In this document: positions 31,701 through 43,400 of the stretch, piece by piece | Position numbering within the stretch: position 1 is the stretch's first letter | Layout of the letters: the number at the start of each line of letters is the position of its first letter | Assembly (NCBI GenBank): GCA_029939505.1 | Contig: JAOZSV010000005.1 | Location: 477-64,476 of the forward strand | Direction: 5' to 3' | DNA from: Thiotrichaceae bacterium | GTDB taxonomy: Bacteria; Pseudomonadota; Gammaproteobacteria; Beggiatoales; Beggiatoaceae | DNA: 64,000 nt | The notes under the pieces: model-generated | Seen by the model: only the letters and a program-made list of their open reading frames with translations | The model's database searches: none | What the model was told of the DNA's origin: nothing | Program-made: the position numbers and the translations under genes

Positions 31701-34409
31701 CAAATACCGCAAATTCAGACGAAGGAAATGATACCCCATGAATCTTATTGGCTGGAAAAGTTCGCTGATTATATGCCGGTTTTAGATTTACCAACTGCTC
31801 GTCCTCGCCCACCGGTAAATACCTATCAAGGTAGCCGGCAAACAGTACGACTTGATGGTGAGCTATGCCGTGATCTCAAGAAGCAAAGTCAAAAACACGG
31901 TTGTACCCTATTTATGATGCTCATGTCCGTTTATACGACTTTACTTCACCGCTTGACAGGGCAGGATGATATCGTTGTGGGCATTCCAGTTTTAGGACGG
32001 CCTGAAGGGGGTGACAAGCTTGTTGGTTATTGTACCCATTTATTGCCCATAATGAGTTCTTTTGATAAAAGACAAAGCTTCTCGGCCTATCTGAAAGTGA
32101 TGCGAAGTACTTTACTAGACGCTTACGAGCATCAAGACTACCCCTTCGCAAACTTAATCAACAAGTTAAATATAGCCAGAAATGCCAACCAAACACCACT
32201 GGTATCGGCACTTTTTAACCTAGATCGGCCGGTTGCAATCCCACCTATGTTTAATTTGGAAACTAGCTGGTTTTCTCAACCTATCAGTTTCATAGCATTT
32301 GATATTGTCTTCAATATCACTGAAATAAGCGATGAATTGGTGGTGGATTGTGATTACGACACCGATGTGTTGGATAAAGCGACTATTGAGCGGTGGCTTG
32401 AACATTTCCAAACGTTGTTGAAAGGAGTCGTGGTCAACTCTGAACAACAGGTTTCCCAATTGCCTCTGCTGAGTGAGCAAGAACGCCATAAAATATTGGT
32501 CGAGTGGAACAATACGTCGGTAGATTATCCAAAGAATAAGACTCTCCATCAATTATTTGAAGAACAGGTGGAGAAAACGCCAGAAAACATTGCGGTCGTC
32601 TTTGAAGAGCAACAATTAACTTACTTTCAATTAAATCAAAAAGCCAATCAATTGGCTCATTATTTACAATCTCTTGGTGTCAAACCCGATGTGTTGGTGG
32701 GGATTTGTTTGGAACGTTCTTTGGAGATGGTTATTGGGCTTTTTGGCATTTTGAAAGCTGGGGGTGCTTATGTGCCACTTGATCCGGCTTATCCGGTGGC
32801 GCGTTTGGCGTTTATGTTGGAAGATTCCCAAGTGCCGGTGTTGTTGACTCAATCCAACTTAATTGATGTGTTACCAGAAACGATGGCACAGCTCGTTTGC
32901 TTAGATACTGAGGCCAAAAAATTCTCACCATTTCGTTCGGAGAATCCTTTAAGTGTGGTAGGGCCCGAAAATTTAGCTTATGTGATTTATACGTCGGGGT
33001 CAACTGGGAAACCGAAAGGCGCGGGTGTTTTTCATCAAGGCGTTACAAATCTAGTCAATTGGTTTATAACCGCATTTCAGCTAGGGGTTGATGATAATGT
33101 TCTCATCATTTCCCCATTTAGCTTTGATTTGACCCAGAAAAATATTTTCGCACCGCTTATCAATGGGGGCCAATTGCACCTATTAGCTTCTACACACTAT
33201 GATCCGAACCAAATTACCAAACTCGTTGCAGAAAAAACGATAACTTGGCTTAATTGCACACCAAGTGCGTTTTATCCTCTTATAGAGCCAAATGATGAAA
33301 ATACATTTCTTAAGTTATCGTCATTGCGCTATTTATTTTTAGGGGGGGAACCTATTGCATTACCCATACTACAATCATGGCTAAACGCCACAGTTTCTCA
33401 AACGAAAATTGTCAACAGCTATGGTCCCACCGAATGCACAGATGTTTGTGCTGCGTATTTATTGGAACAACCTGAGGCCGTTTTAGACCAAACGATACCC
33501 ATAGGTAAGCCTATCTTTAATGCCAAGCTCTTTAATCTAGACAAAAATTTTGAGCTATTACCGGTTGGAGTGGCGGGCGAACTCCACATTGGTGGCGTAG
33601 GTTTAGCTCGCGGCTATCTCAACCGCCCCGACTTGACGGCCGAAAAATTCCTCAAAAATCCCTTTAGCGATGACCCCTATTCACGCCTCTACAAAACTGG
33701 AGACTTAGCCCGCTATCTGCCCGATGGCAACATAGAATACTTAGGTCGCATAGATAACCAGGTTAAAATTCGTGGTTTTCGTATAGAACTGGGCGAAATC
33801 GAAGTTATTTTGACAGAGCACCCGCAGATACGAGAGGCTGTAGTTATAGATCGTGAAGATTCATCTCATTTGAAACAATTGGTAGCCTATATTGTTACTC
33901 CTCCGGGAACGCCCTCATTGGCTGCTAGTGATTTACGCCGATTTCTTCAAGAAAAATTGCCAGAATATATGGTGCCTTCAAATTTTATAGTGCTTGAAAA
34001 AATACCACTTACTCTCAATGGTAAAATAGATCGTCATGCATTGCCGGCACCCTCTGGGAATGAACTAAAAGCGGCTTATGTTGCGCCACGAACGCCTATA
34101 GAAGAACTACTGACAAACGTTTGGAGTGATGTATTAGAACAGCAAAAAATTAGCATCCATGACGATTTTTTTGAACGAGGGGGACATTCCCTGCTAGGTA
34201 CCCAAGTTATTTCCCGAATCCGTGATCTGTTTTCGGTAGAAATATCCTTACGTCAATTATATGAATCACCTACGGTGGTTAGTTTAGCCGAGTCTCTCGT
34301 CAAACAGGAAACTCAACCTGGCCGAATTGAAAAAATTGCTAGATTACGCCAAAGGCTTGACAAAATGTCTGCCAATGAAATTAAAACGCTTCTTCAAAAC
34401 AAAAGGTGA
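28779..34409 (+). CDS. Hybrid PKS/NRPS: ACP, PLP aminotransferase, C-A-PCP
   Basis: 1876-aa ORF.
- N-terminal carrier: LEMGANSLTLME (Ser codon 28950-28952), followed by a long polar linker.
- Aminotransferase (GSA/class-III type): FSNSGTEAVMSALRLAR, EGSYHGH, FDEMITGFR, Lys in ATYGKVIGGG (30498-30500).
- C domain: HHIVVDGFS, starting at 31569.
- A domain: LAYVIYTSGSTGKPKG, NSYGPTE, YKTGDL, GRIDNQVKIRGFRIELGEIE, NGKIDR. The 10-residue code read by eye is DLKNFGSDVK, which I do not recognise.
- PCP: FFERGGHSLL. Confidence 0.93.
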   Translation: MNDAASVTVSDFPVEVSPETGRRTEIISTLCSQMADLLATIPSEEEIHVPFLEMGANSLTLMEIIRTIDNTFSLKVVMRQFFEELTNIDALATYIDQNLPPEGSSTSGQSESEVRPQVKPISTESNMNETITEEAITETSALELTSRLVEKTSSEFKQPNNLNDMLSSGEEASALEQILKQQLELASQGMSQVVSQQLEFLRHSGFSTKPLSSSGPDVHQTTSQTVDFQARPLPVADAYQATRKLTPEKIQAVADVSSTLTNKPKKKSTSQKSGGTTPPHLLKATEVRARGLTPQQQCHLEALIARYTKRTQKSKQMTQTHRAVLADSRASVGFRFTTKEMLYPIIGKRAQGTKIWDIDDNEYIDITMGFGVNLFGHHPPFISKAIKEQPNDTIQLGPRSPEVGEVAELIAELTGMERIAFSNSGTEAVMSALRLARAATGRTKIVLFEGSYHGHSDGTLVAPPIQDGMPGSMPAAPGIPQYIANDIIVLEYGTPQTLELIRTHAHELAAVLVEPVQSRHPDLQPKAFLHELRQLTKSAGIALIFDEMITGFRIHPGGAQAWFGVEADLATYGKVIGGGMPIGVIAGKAAYMDGIDGGMWQYDDASYPQKERTMFGGTFCQHPLAMTTALATLKHLKTHSPALQERLNQRTTQFAETLNAYFEENKVPIQVAHFSSIFHFEFSGNMELLFYHLLEKGVYIWEWRNCFLSSAHTDADIEYIIQAIKESCEELRSGGFLPAHSKSEKGLENVSGITKSQDKDSITELSSKEDQEGNQVELTSRKDVTSIPTVSKASSKQPDKLPLTEAQRQLWVLSQIGQEGSLAYNVYTTLQLQGPFQLLAMCQAVQKVVEQHEALRTIISHNGDFQQILPELKIDIPVLDFSTTSDEGQSEVNAWFISESQKPFNLNQGPLFRASILKLEEQHHLLVLTAHHIVVDGFSIGIVLQEITSFYSAECQGTKTQLDSPMQFSEYVQWQIPQIQTKEMIPHESYWLEKFADYMPVLDLPTARPRPPVNTYQGSRQTVRLDGELCRDLKKQSQKHGCTLFMMLMSVYTTLLHRLTGQDDIVVGIPVLGRPEGGDKLVGYCTHLLPIMSSFDKRQSFSAYLKVMRSTLLDAYEHQDYPFANLINKLNIARNANQTPLVSALFNLDRPVAIPPMFNLETSWFSQPISFIAFDIVFNITEISDELVVDCDYDTDVLDKATIERWLEHFQTLLKGVVVNSEQQVSQLPLLSEQERHKILVEWNNTSVDYPKNKTLHQLFEEQVEKTPENIAVVFEEQQLTYFQLNQKANQLAHYLQSLGVKPDVLVGICLERSLEMVIGLFGILKAGGAYVPLDPAYPVARLAFMLEDSQVPVLLTQSNLIDVLPETMAQLVCLDTEAKKFSPFRSENPLSVVGPENLAYVIYTSGSTGKPKGAGVFHQGVTNLVNWFITAFQLGVDDNVLIISPFSFDLTQKNIFAPLINGGQLHLLASTHYDPNQITKLVAEKTITWLNCTPSAFYPLIEPNDENTFLKLSSLRYLFLGGEPIALPILQSWLNATVSQTKIVNSYGPTECTDVCAAYLLEQPEAVLDQTIPIGKPIFNAKLFNLDKNFELLPVGVAGELHIGGVGLARGYLNRPDLTAEKFLKNPFSDDPYSRLYKTGDLARYLPDGNIEYLGRIDNQVKIRGFRIELGEIEVILTEHPQIREAVVIDREDSSHLKQLVAYIVTPPGTPSLAASDLRRFLQEKLPEYMVPSNFIVLEKIPLTLNGKIDRHALPAPSGNELKAAYVAPRTPIEELLTNVWSDVLEQQKISIHDDFFERGGHSLLGTQVISRIRDLFSVEISLRQLYESPTVVSLAESLVKQETQPGRIEKIARLRQRLDKMSANEIKTLLQNKR
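29650..30990 (+). other. Aminotransferase (AMT) domain embedded in the assembly line; approximate bounds
   Basis: N-terminal extension LTPQQQCHLEALIARYTKRTQKSKQ, then glutamate-1-semialdehyde-aminomutase-like motifs including the PLP lysine at 30498-30500. The same placement (carrier then AMT then C) is known from mycosubtilin/iturin-type and microcystin McyE-type modules. Confidence 0.85.
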
Positions 34410-34419
34410 ATGACTACTA

Positions 34420-37400
34420 ATGACTACTATGGAAAAAACTGATTTAGCGAAAGATGAATTACTAGCACTCTTGTTGGAAGAAGAGGAAGGGCTAAATGTT
34501 CTGGAAGAGGAAGGGCTGAACGTTTATACCGGGCAAGAAGAAATCGTCGCACGGGACAAAACGGTTGGTGAACCCTCACCGGAAAAAACCGAGTTAGTGA
34601 AAGAGGAACTATTAGCACTCTTTTTGGAAGAAGAGGGGCTGGACGTTTCGACTGGAAAAGAGATTATAGCACGCGATAAAACGGTTGGTGAATTACCACT
34701 GTCTTTCGCTCAACAACGTCTTTGGTTTTTAGATCAGCTAATTCCGGAAAGTCCTGCCTATAATATTCCTGTAGCCGTGCGTCTTACAGGTATGCTTAGG
34801 ATAGCCGTGTTGGAACAAACTTTTACTGATATTGTCCGACGCCATGAAGTTTTGCGTACTACTTTTACTGTGGGGCAAGATGACCAACCAGTGCAAATCA
34901 TTGAAACGTCAGATTTAACGATATCGTTGCCAATTATTGATTTACAAGCATTATCTCCAGTAGAACAGCCTAGTGAAATACAGCGTTTAGCGATTGAAGA
35001 GGCTAATCGCCCCTTTGATCTTGTTAAAGGTCCTTTGCTAAGATTAACATTGTTACAGCTAAGTACTGAAACTTATGTGTTGCTTTTAACTATGCACCAC
35101 GTTATATCAGATGGATGGTCAATAGCAATATTTATCCAAGAGGTAGCTGCCCTCTATGAAGCCTTTTCAAAAGGGAAACCTTCCCCTCTATCAGCCTTAC
35201 CTATTCAGTATGCTGATTTTGCGATTTGGCAACGTAAGTGGCTTGAGGAGGAGGGTGTTTTAGAAACCCAAATTAACTATTGGAAGCAACAATTAGCTGG
35301 GGCACCACTGGTATTGGAACTCCCAACTGATCATCCACGCCCGGCTATTCAGAGTTTTAAAGGTAATATCGAAAAATTTGAAATCAATGAGGAACTTACA
35401 AGGCAATTGAACACGCTGAGTCAGCAATCAGGAACAAGTTTTTTTATGACCTTACTAGCAGCCTTTGTGGTTTTGCTTTCCCGTTACAGTAGCCAGAAAG
35501 ATATTGTGATCGGTTCTCCTATTGCCAACCGTAATCGTAGTGAAACGGAATTTTTGATTGGTTTTTTTGTCAATACTCTTTTGATGCGTATAACTTTGTC
35601 TGAAAAGATGACTTTTCGCGATTTGTTAATGCAAACCAAACAAGTCGCCTTAGAAGCCTACGATCACCAAGATATACCATTTGAACAATTAGTAGAAACT
35701 TTGCAACCAGCACGTAACTTGAGCCATTCACCACTATTCCAAGTGATGTTTGCTTTGCAGAATGCGCCCACACGGCCATTGGAAATGTTGGATTTGAACC
35801 TTGAAGTATTGGAAGTAGAAACGACCCTCTCAAAATTTGATCTGACTCTGGATATTGAAGAAAGTGACTCAGTACTCAAGGGCACTTTTGAATATAATAC
35901 TGATTTGTTTGAAGTGGCTACCATTATCCGTATGATAGAACATTTTAAAACATTATTGGCCAGCATTATAGCTCATCCTGAGTGTCAAGTGACCCAATTG
36001 CCACTATTGAATCAAACCGAAAAAGACCAGTTATTGAATAAATGGAATGAGACCCAAGTATCGTACTTACGAGAAGAACAGTGTTTCCCTCAGTTGTTTG
36101 AAGCTCAAGTTGAGCGGACTCCGACCGCAGTGGCAGTGGTATTTCAAGACCAACAAATCACCTATCAAGATTTAAATACGCGGGCCAATCAACTGGCGTA
36201 CTATCTGCAAACATTAGGTGTTCAATCCGAAACGCTCGTTGGCCTCTGTGTCGAACGCTCTTTAGAAATGATCATAGGACTATTAGGTATTTTAAAAGCC
36301 GGGGGGAGTTATATACCCTTAGATCCCAATTTTCCTAAAGAACGCTTGGCTTTCATGTTGGAAGATGCTCAGGTAACGGTCCTGTTAACTCAAGAAAAGT
36401 TAGCGAGGTGGTTTAATGAATATCAAGTACAAGCCGTTTGCTTAGATAAAGATTGGGATAAAATAGCTCAAGAAAACTGGACAAATCCGATTAGTGATTT
36501 AAACAAAAATCACTTAGCATACACTATCTATACATCCGGCTCAACTGGTAAACCAAAAGGCGTACAAATTCAACACCAATCATTAACGAATTTTTTATAT
36601 GCTATTGGTAAACAATTTGATATAAATGAGCAGGACATTCTTCTAGCAGTCACAACTATTTCTTTTGATATTGCTGCATTGGAGCTTTATTTACCACTGA
36701 TAGTTGGAGCCAAAATAATCTTAGCCAATCGTGAAGAATCTTCAGATGGAATCCTGTTATTGGAAAAACTGAATCAGGCAGGCGTGACAGTCATGCAAGC
36801 GACCCCGGCGACGTGGCATTTATTACTTGCGGCTGGCTGGCAAAAGAGCCATCAATTAAAAATTCTTTGCGGTGGTGAAGCTTTACCTTGTGAACTCGCT
36901 AAACAACTACTGGCAAGAGGTCAATCTGTTTGGAACTTATACGGGCCAACTGAAACGACTATCTGGTCTACTCTCTACTTGGTAAAAGAACCGCAAACGA
37001 CTACTCTAGAAGTGCCTGAATTGATAGGTCGTCCTATTAACAACACTCAAGTCTATATTTTAGATGCTCATTTACAATTAGTGCCTATTGGTGTTCATGG
37101 TGAACTCCATATTGGTGGCAAGGGTTTAGCTCGTGGCTATAAGGATCGCCCAGAATTAACGACCGAAAAATTTATCAAGAATCCCTTTAGCGATGATCCC
37201 TATTCACGCCTCTACAAAACTGGTGACTTAACTCGCTATCGACCGGATGGTAATATTGAATACTTGGGCCGCATAGATAACCAGGTTAAAATTCGTGGTT
37301 TTCGGATAGAACTGGGCGAAATCGAAGCGGTATTGGGACAACATGTTCAAGAGAATGCGGTTATTGTCCATGAAACCTCGGCAACGGACAAACGTTTAGT

Positions 37401-40400
37401 CGCCTATATCGTGCCGCATCAAGAGCAAACCCTTGAAAATACAGAATTACGTGCGTTCTTGAAAGAACGGCTGCCCGATTACATGGTTCCATCGGCCTTG
37501 GTTACCTTAGATGCCCTGCCACTCACGCCCAACGGTAAGATAGACCGTCGTGCCTTATCGAGGTTATCAGTAAGCCATGAGCGTTCAGAAGAACAATTTG
37601 TGGCTCCTCGGACCCCAGAAGAGGAACTGTTAGCCGGTATTTTCGCTGAGGTGTTGAGTGCCCCACAAGTCGGTGTCCATGACAATTTCTTTGAACTGGG
37701 CGGCCATTCTCTGCTCGCCACCCAAGTCATGTCACGAATTCGTGACACCTTTGAAGTTGAACTGCCATTGCGTGAATTGTTTGAATCACCGACGATAGGG
37801 GGGTTGAGTGAGCTTTTAAGCACAAAGTGCCGTTCCGCTGCTACGTTACCACCAGTCACACTTGTTGATCGGGAACAACCGTTATCGTTATCTTTTGCCC
37901 AACAGCGTTTATGGTTCTTAAACCAACTGGAGGGTGAAAGTGCGACTTACAATATACCAGTCACACTACGTCTTGAAGGGCCGCTTCACCAAAATGCCCT
38001 GCTCATGAGTTTACAAACCCTCATACAACGTCATGAGAACTTACGAACCGTTTTTCCAACACAAAAAGGGCAACCTGTCGTTCAAATAGTCGAAAAGCCA
38101 TTCCAATTAAGTGTTTTGGATTTAAGCACTTTATCGCTTGTTCTACAACAATCGGAAGTACAACGGTTGGTAAACGAGTATGCTAATCGTCCATTTAATT
38201 TGGAAACGGGGCCATTATTCCGTGCCACTTTGCTGCAATTGGGTAGCAAATCATACGTGTTGTTGTTAAACATGCATCATATCATTGCTGATGGTTGGTC
38301 ACTCTGGGTTTTGCTTCAAGAATTGAGTGTCCTATATGAGGCTTTTTTACTTGAGATCACTTCTCCCTTGCCACCGTTATCAATTCAATATGTTGATTTT
38401 GCTCACTGGCAACGGCAATGGCTCACAGGAGAAGTGCTTGAACAACAACTTTCTTATTGGAAACAACAATTAGTTGGGGTACCGACGTTACTAGAACTGC
38501 CAACTGATCAACCGCGTTCCCCAATACAAAGTTATCAAGGAGCGAATTTACCTTTTTCTCTATCGCCGAAACTGACGGAACAACTCCAACACCTGAGTCA
38601 ACAAGCCGGCACCACCCTTTTTATGACTTTGCTAGCCGCTTTTGCTACCTTATTGTCTCGCTACAGTGGCCAAAGCGATATTGTTATTGGTTCGCCCATC
38701 GCTAATCGTACCCATAGCTTTCTTGAATCCATGATTGGCTTGTTTGTCAATACGCTAGTGTTACGCCTGAGCTTTGAAGACAATCCGCCCTTTATTGATG
38801 TTTTGCAACAAGCACGAAAAGTAACATTAGAAGCGTATGATCATCAAGATATTCCTTTTGAACAGTTAGTTGAGGAACTACAACCAGAACGTTCCCTAAG
38901 TCACTCGCCGCTATTTCAAGTGATGTTTGATTTACAGAGTGTTGAGATGCCTATGGAATTAGCAGAACTGACTGTAACGCCTGTCGAAGTGGAAAGCACT
39001 ATTGCTAAATTTGATCTGACATTGTCAATGGAAGAAACGGCTCAAGGTTTGATTGGGATTTTTGAATACAGCACTGATTTATTTGAACTGGCTACGATAG
39101 AGCGTTTGAAAGGGCATTTTTTAACCTTACTTACGAGCATGGTAGAAAATCCACAGCAGTTAATTCATGAATTACCTTTGCTGACAGAGGCCGAACAACA
39201 ACAATTTTTGGCTTGGAACAAGACGACTGTCGATTATCCTCTTGACAAAACCATTGCCGATTTATTTGAAGAACAAGTTGAACAAACCCCCAATGCTGTT
39301 GCGGTAGTATTTAAAGAGCAACAACTGACCTATAAAAAATTAAATACAAAAGCCAATAAAATTGCACACTATCTGCGTCGCAGTATCATGCGTAATGAAT
39401 TTGTGGGTATTTTAGAAGAGCGTGGTATTGATTTCCTTGCCGCTATGCTTGGCATCCTGAAAGCCGGCGGGGCTTTTTTGCCAATTGATCCGAGTTATCC
39501 CGATGATCGGGTACTGTATATGGTGAACAATAGCCAAATTCATTCCCTAATTACTCGTAGCACATTATTTGCCAAAATTGCTACCGATGTAGAAAAAAGC
39601 GGTTATTTGCGTCAGGTGTTGTACCTTGATGGTGCAAAAGAACTTGGGGAGGGATACCAATTCTATAACAGTACTGAACTTGCCGGCGAACCTAAACACA
39701 ACCCAAGCTGCCTTAATGAATCTATAGATATTGCCTACATGTTATATACATCCGGTTCTACTGGTTTACCAAAAGGGGCAATGGTGAGACACAATGGTGC
39801 GGTCAATCATATTTATGCTCAATTTGACCAATTAGCTTTCCATCAAAACACCGCTTTTTTGCAAAGTGCATCGTCATCGTCAGATATTTCCGTATGGCAA
39901 TTTCTGGCCCCGCTACTCATCGGTGGACGGACTATCATCGTTGATTTTGAGACGGTCTGTGATTCAGCCAAGTTATTTCAGGTCATTAAATCACAACAAG
40001 TCACTTTGATTGAATTGGTACCCGTTGTCATGCAGGGTGTTCTTGAACTGGTTGCACAATTACCACCAGAAGAACAGGCACTACCAGCATTAGAGTGGGC
40101 CATGGTGACGGGTGAGGCAGTTTCAACATCACTTGTTAATCAATGGCTACAAACTTATCCTAATATTAAATTGGTAAATGCTTATGGACCAACTGAAGCC
40201 GCTGATGATATTTGTCAAGCAGTATTAGACAAACCGCTTCCCAAAGAACAAATCAATGTCCCTATTGGTAAACCTTTGGCAAACTTGAGTCTTTATGTAT
40301 TGGATCCGCAGCAACAATTGTTACCTATTGGACTATACGGAGAGATATGCGTGGCGGGTGTTGGCGTGGGTACTGGTTATTGGCGTGATGAAAAGAAAAC

Positions 40401-43400
40401 CAAAGCCAGCTTTGTCAATAATCCTCATGCCAATGACACATATAATAGCGTGATTTATCGAACTGGCGATTTAGGTCGTTGGTTACCAGATGGTTCGTTG
40501 GAATTTATTGGACGGCTTGATGATCAAGTCAAGATTCGTGGTTTCCGCATTGAGTTGGGCGAAATTGAAGCAGTCTTGGGACAATATCCACTGATAGCAC
40601 AAAATTCCGTTATTGTCAAGGAAACATCTCAAACAGATAAACGTTTAGTGGCTTATTTGGTGCCAAATAAAGAACAAGTCCTTGAAAATACAGCATTACG
40701 CACTTTTTTGGAAGAACGATTACCTGTTCATATGATACCATCGGCCTTTATCACGTTAGAAGCTTTGCCACTGACACCTAATGGAAAAGTAGATCGCCGT
40801 GCTTTAGCGAAGTTATCAGTTAGCTATGACCATTTAGAAGAACAATTCATGGCCCCGCGAACCCCGGAAGAGGAATTGTTAGCCACTATTTGGGCTGAGG
40901 TATTAGATGTCTCGCAAGTCGGTGTCCATGATAATTTCTTTGAACTAGGTGGCCATTCTTTACTAGCCACGCAGGTGATATCACGGATCCGTGACACGTT
41001 TGAACTTGAACTTCCCGTGCGCGTATTATTTGAATCGCCAACGATACAAACCCTAAGCGAACACCTTGGAAACGTCCGTCGGGAATCTGCTTTACCACCA
41101 ATAACTCTTGTGAATCGGAACGAGCCATTACCGTTATCTTTTGCCCAACTGCGTTTATGGTTCTTAAACCAACTGGAGGGCAACAGTGCAACTTATAATA
41201 TACCAGCCGCACTACGTCTTGAGGGGCCGCTTCACCAAAATCCCCTTCTCAGAAGTTTACAAACTCTGGTACAGCGTCACGAAAATTTACGAACCGTTTT
41301 CCCAACGTTAAAGGGACAACCTGTTATTAAAATTGTCGATAAGCCTTTCCAAGTAAATACTCTTTCTTTAACGGCCTTATCGCTTGAAAAACAACAACTA
41401 GAAGTACAACGGCTGGTGAACAGCGATGCCAATCGTCCTTTTGACTTAGAAATAGGGCCGTTATTCCGTGCCACCTTGCTTCAACTAAGTGCCGAGTCAC
41501 ACATTTTGTTGTTAAATATGCATCATATCATTTCGGATGATTGGTCCCTTGGTGTTTTGATTCGGGAGTGGCGTGTTCTTTATGAAGCATTTGTGCAAGA
41601 TCAAGCTTCGCCCTTACCACCATTGCCAATCCAATATGTTGACTTTGCTCACTGGCAACGACAATGGTTACGCGATGATGTGCTTGAAAAACAAATCGAT
41701 TATTGGAAACAACAATTGGCTGGTGCCCCGGCATTACTGGGATTGCCGACTGACCATCCACGCCCACCCGTGCAGCGTTTCCAAGGTACGAGTTTACCGA
41801 TTTTCTTCTCAAAAGAATTGTCCGAACAACTGAAACACCTAAGTCAGCAAAGTGGAACGACCCTGTTTATAACACTATTGTCGGCTTTTGCTACTTTATT
41901 ATCTCGCTACAGTGGTCAAAACGATATTGTCATTGGATCGCCTATCGCTAACCGTACTCATAGTCAAACGGAATCCTTGATTGGTTTTTTCGTCAATACA
42001 CTGGTATTACGCCTTAATTTGTCTGATAATCCGCCTTTTGAGACGCTTTTGCAACAAGCTCGACGAGTCGCACTAGAGGCTTACACTCATCAAGATATTC
42101 CTTTTGAGCAGTTGGTTGAGAAACTGCAACCTGCCAGAGATATCAGTCACTCGCCACTGTTCCAAGTGATGTTAGTGTTACAGAATGCACCTCAATCAAG
42201 TTTGGAATTGTCGGGGCTGACTTTAACCCCATTAGAAATGGAAAGCACTATTGCTAAATTTGATCTGACGTTATCAATAGAAGAAACAGATCAAGGAATC
42301 ATGGGTGAATTGAATTATAACACTGATTTATTTGAAGCGACAACAATAGAACGCTTGAGAGAGCATTTATATACTTTACTCACTGGCTTAGTGGCTAATC
42401 CGCAGCAACCGATTCACGAATTACCTTTGCTCACTGAGGCCGAACAAAAACAATTATTGGCTTGGAACGACACCGCCACAGATTATCCGCATGACAAGAC
42501 CATTGTCGACTTGTTTGAAGAACAAGTTGAACAAACCCCTGATGCCGTTGCTGTGATATTTGAAGATCAACAACTGACTTACCAAGATTTAAATAGTAAA
42601 GCCAATCAACTGGCCCATTACATACAAGATTTAGGCGTAAAACCGGAAGTACTGGTGGGGATTTATGTCGAGCGTTCTCCTGAGATGATCATTGGATTGT
42701 TAGGTATTCTCAAGGCTGGTGGTGCTTATGTGCCATTTGATCCGGTTTACCCGACTGCACGTTTGACGTTTATGTTAGAGGATACGAAAGTATTGGTGTT
42801 GTTGACTCAATCAAGTTTAATAGAGAAATTACCAAAAACTCAGGCGCAAGTGGTTTGTTTAGATGTGGAAGCAGATGCACTCTCACATTTAAGTGCGAAA
42901 AATCCCACCAGTGGAGTGGTACCAACTAATTTGGCTTATGTGATTTATACATCGGGTTCGACAGGTCAGCCAAAGGGTGTGATGATTGAGCATTTATCGG
43001 TTATCAATCTCTTGAACGGATTGTATCAAACCCTCTATACTCACTATAAAAATTCCCAACTTCGCGTGAGCATGAATGGGGCGTTAACATTTGATACTTC
43101 AGTGAAACAACTGATTCAACTTTTGCATGGTCATGTTCTTGATATTATACCCGAAGAAGTTCGATTCAATAAGGAAGCCTTATTAGCTTATTTACAAGCA
43201 CATCAAATCAATGTGTTTGACTGTACTCCCTCACATTTGAACTTATTTTTTTCTAAGGAGCTACTCCCCAATACGAGTTCAGTACTTCATTCTATCATCA
43301 TTGGTGGTGAACCTCTTGATGATTTGACTTGGCAATTTTTGCAGAAAACTGAAAAAACTTCCTTTTACAATATTTATGGTCCCACAGAATGCACGGTTGA

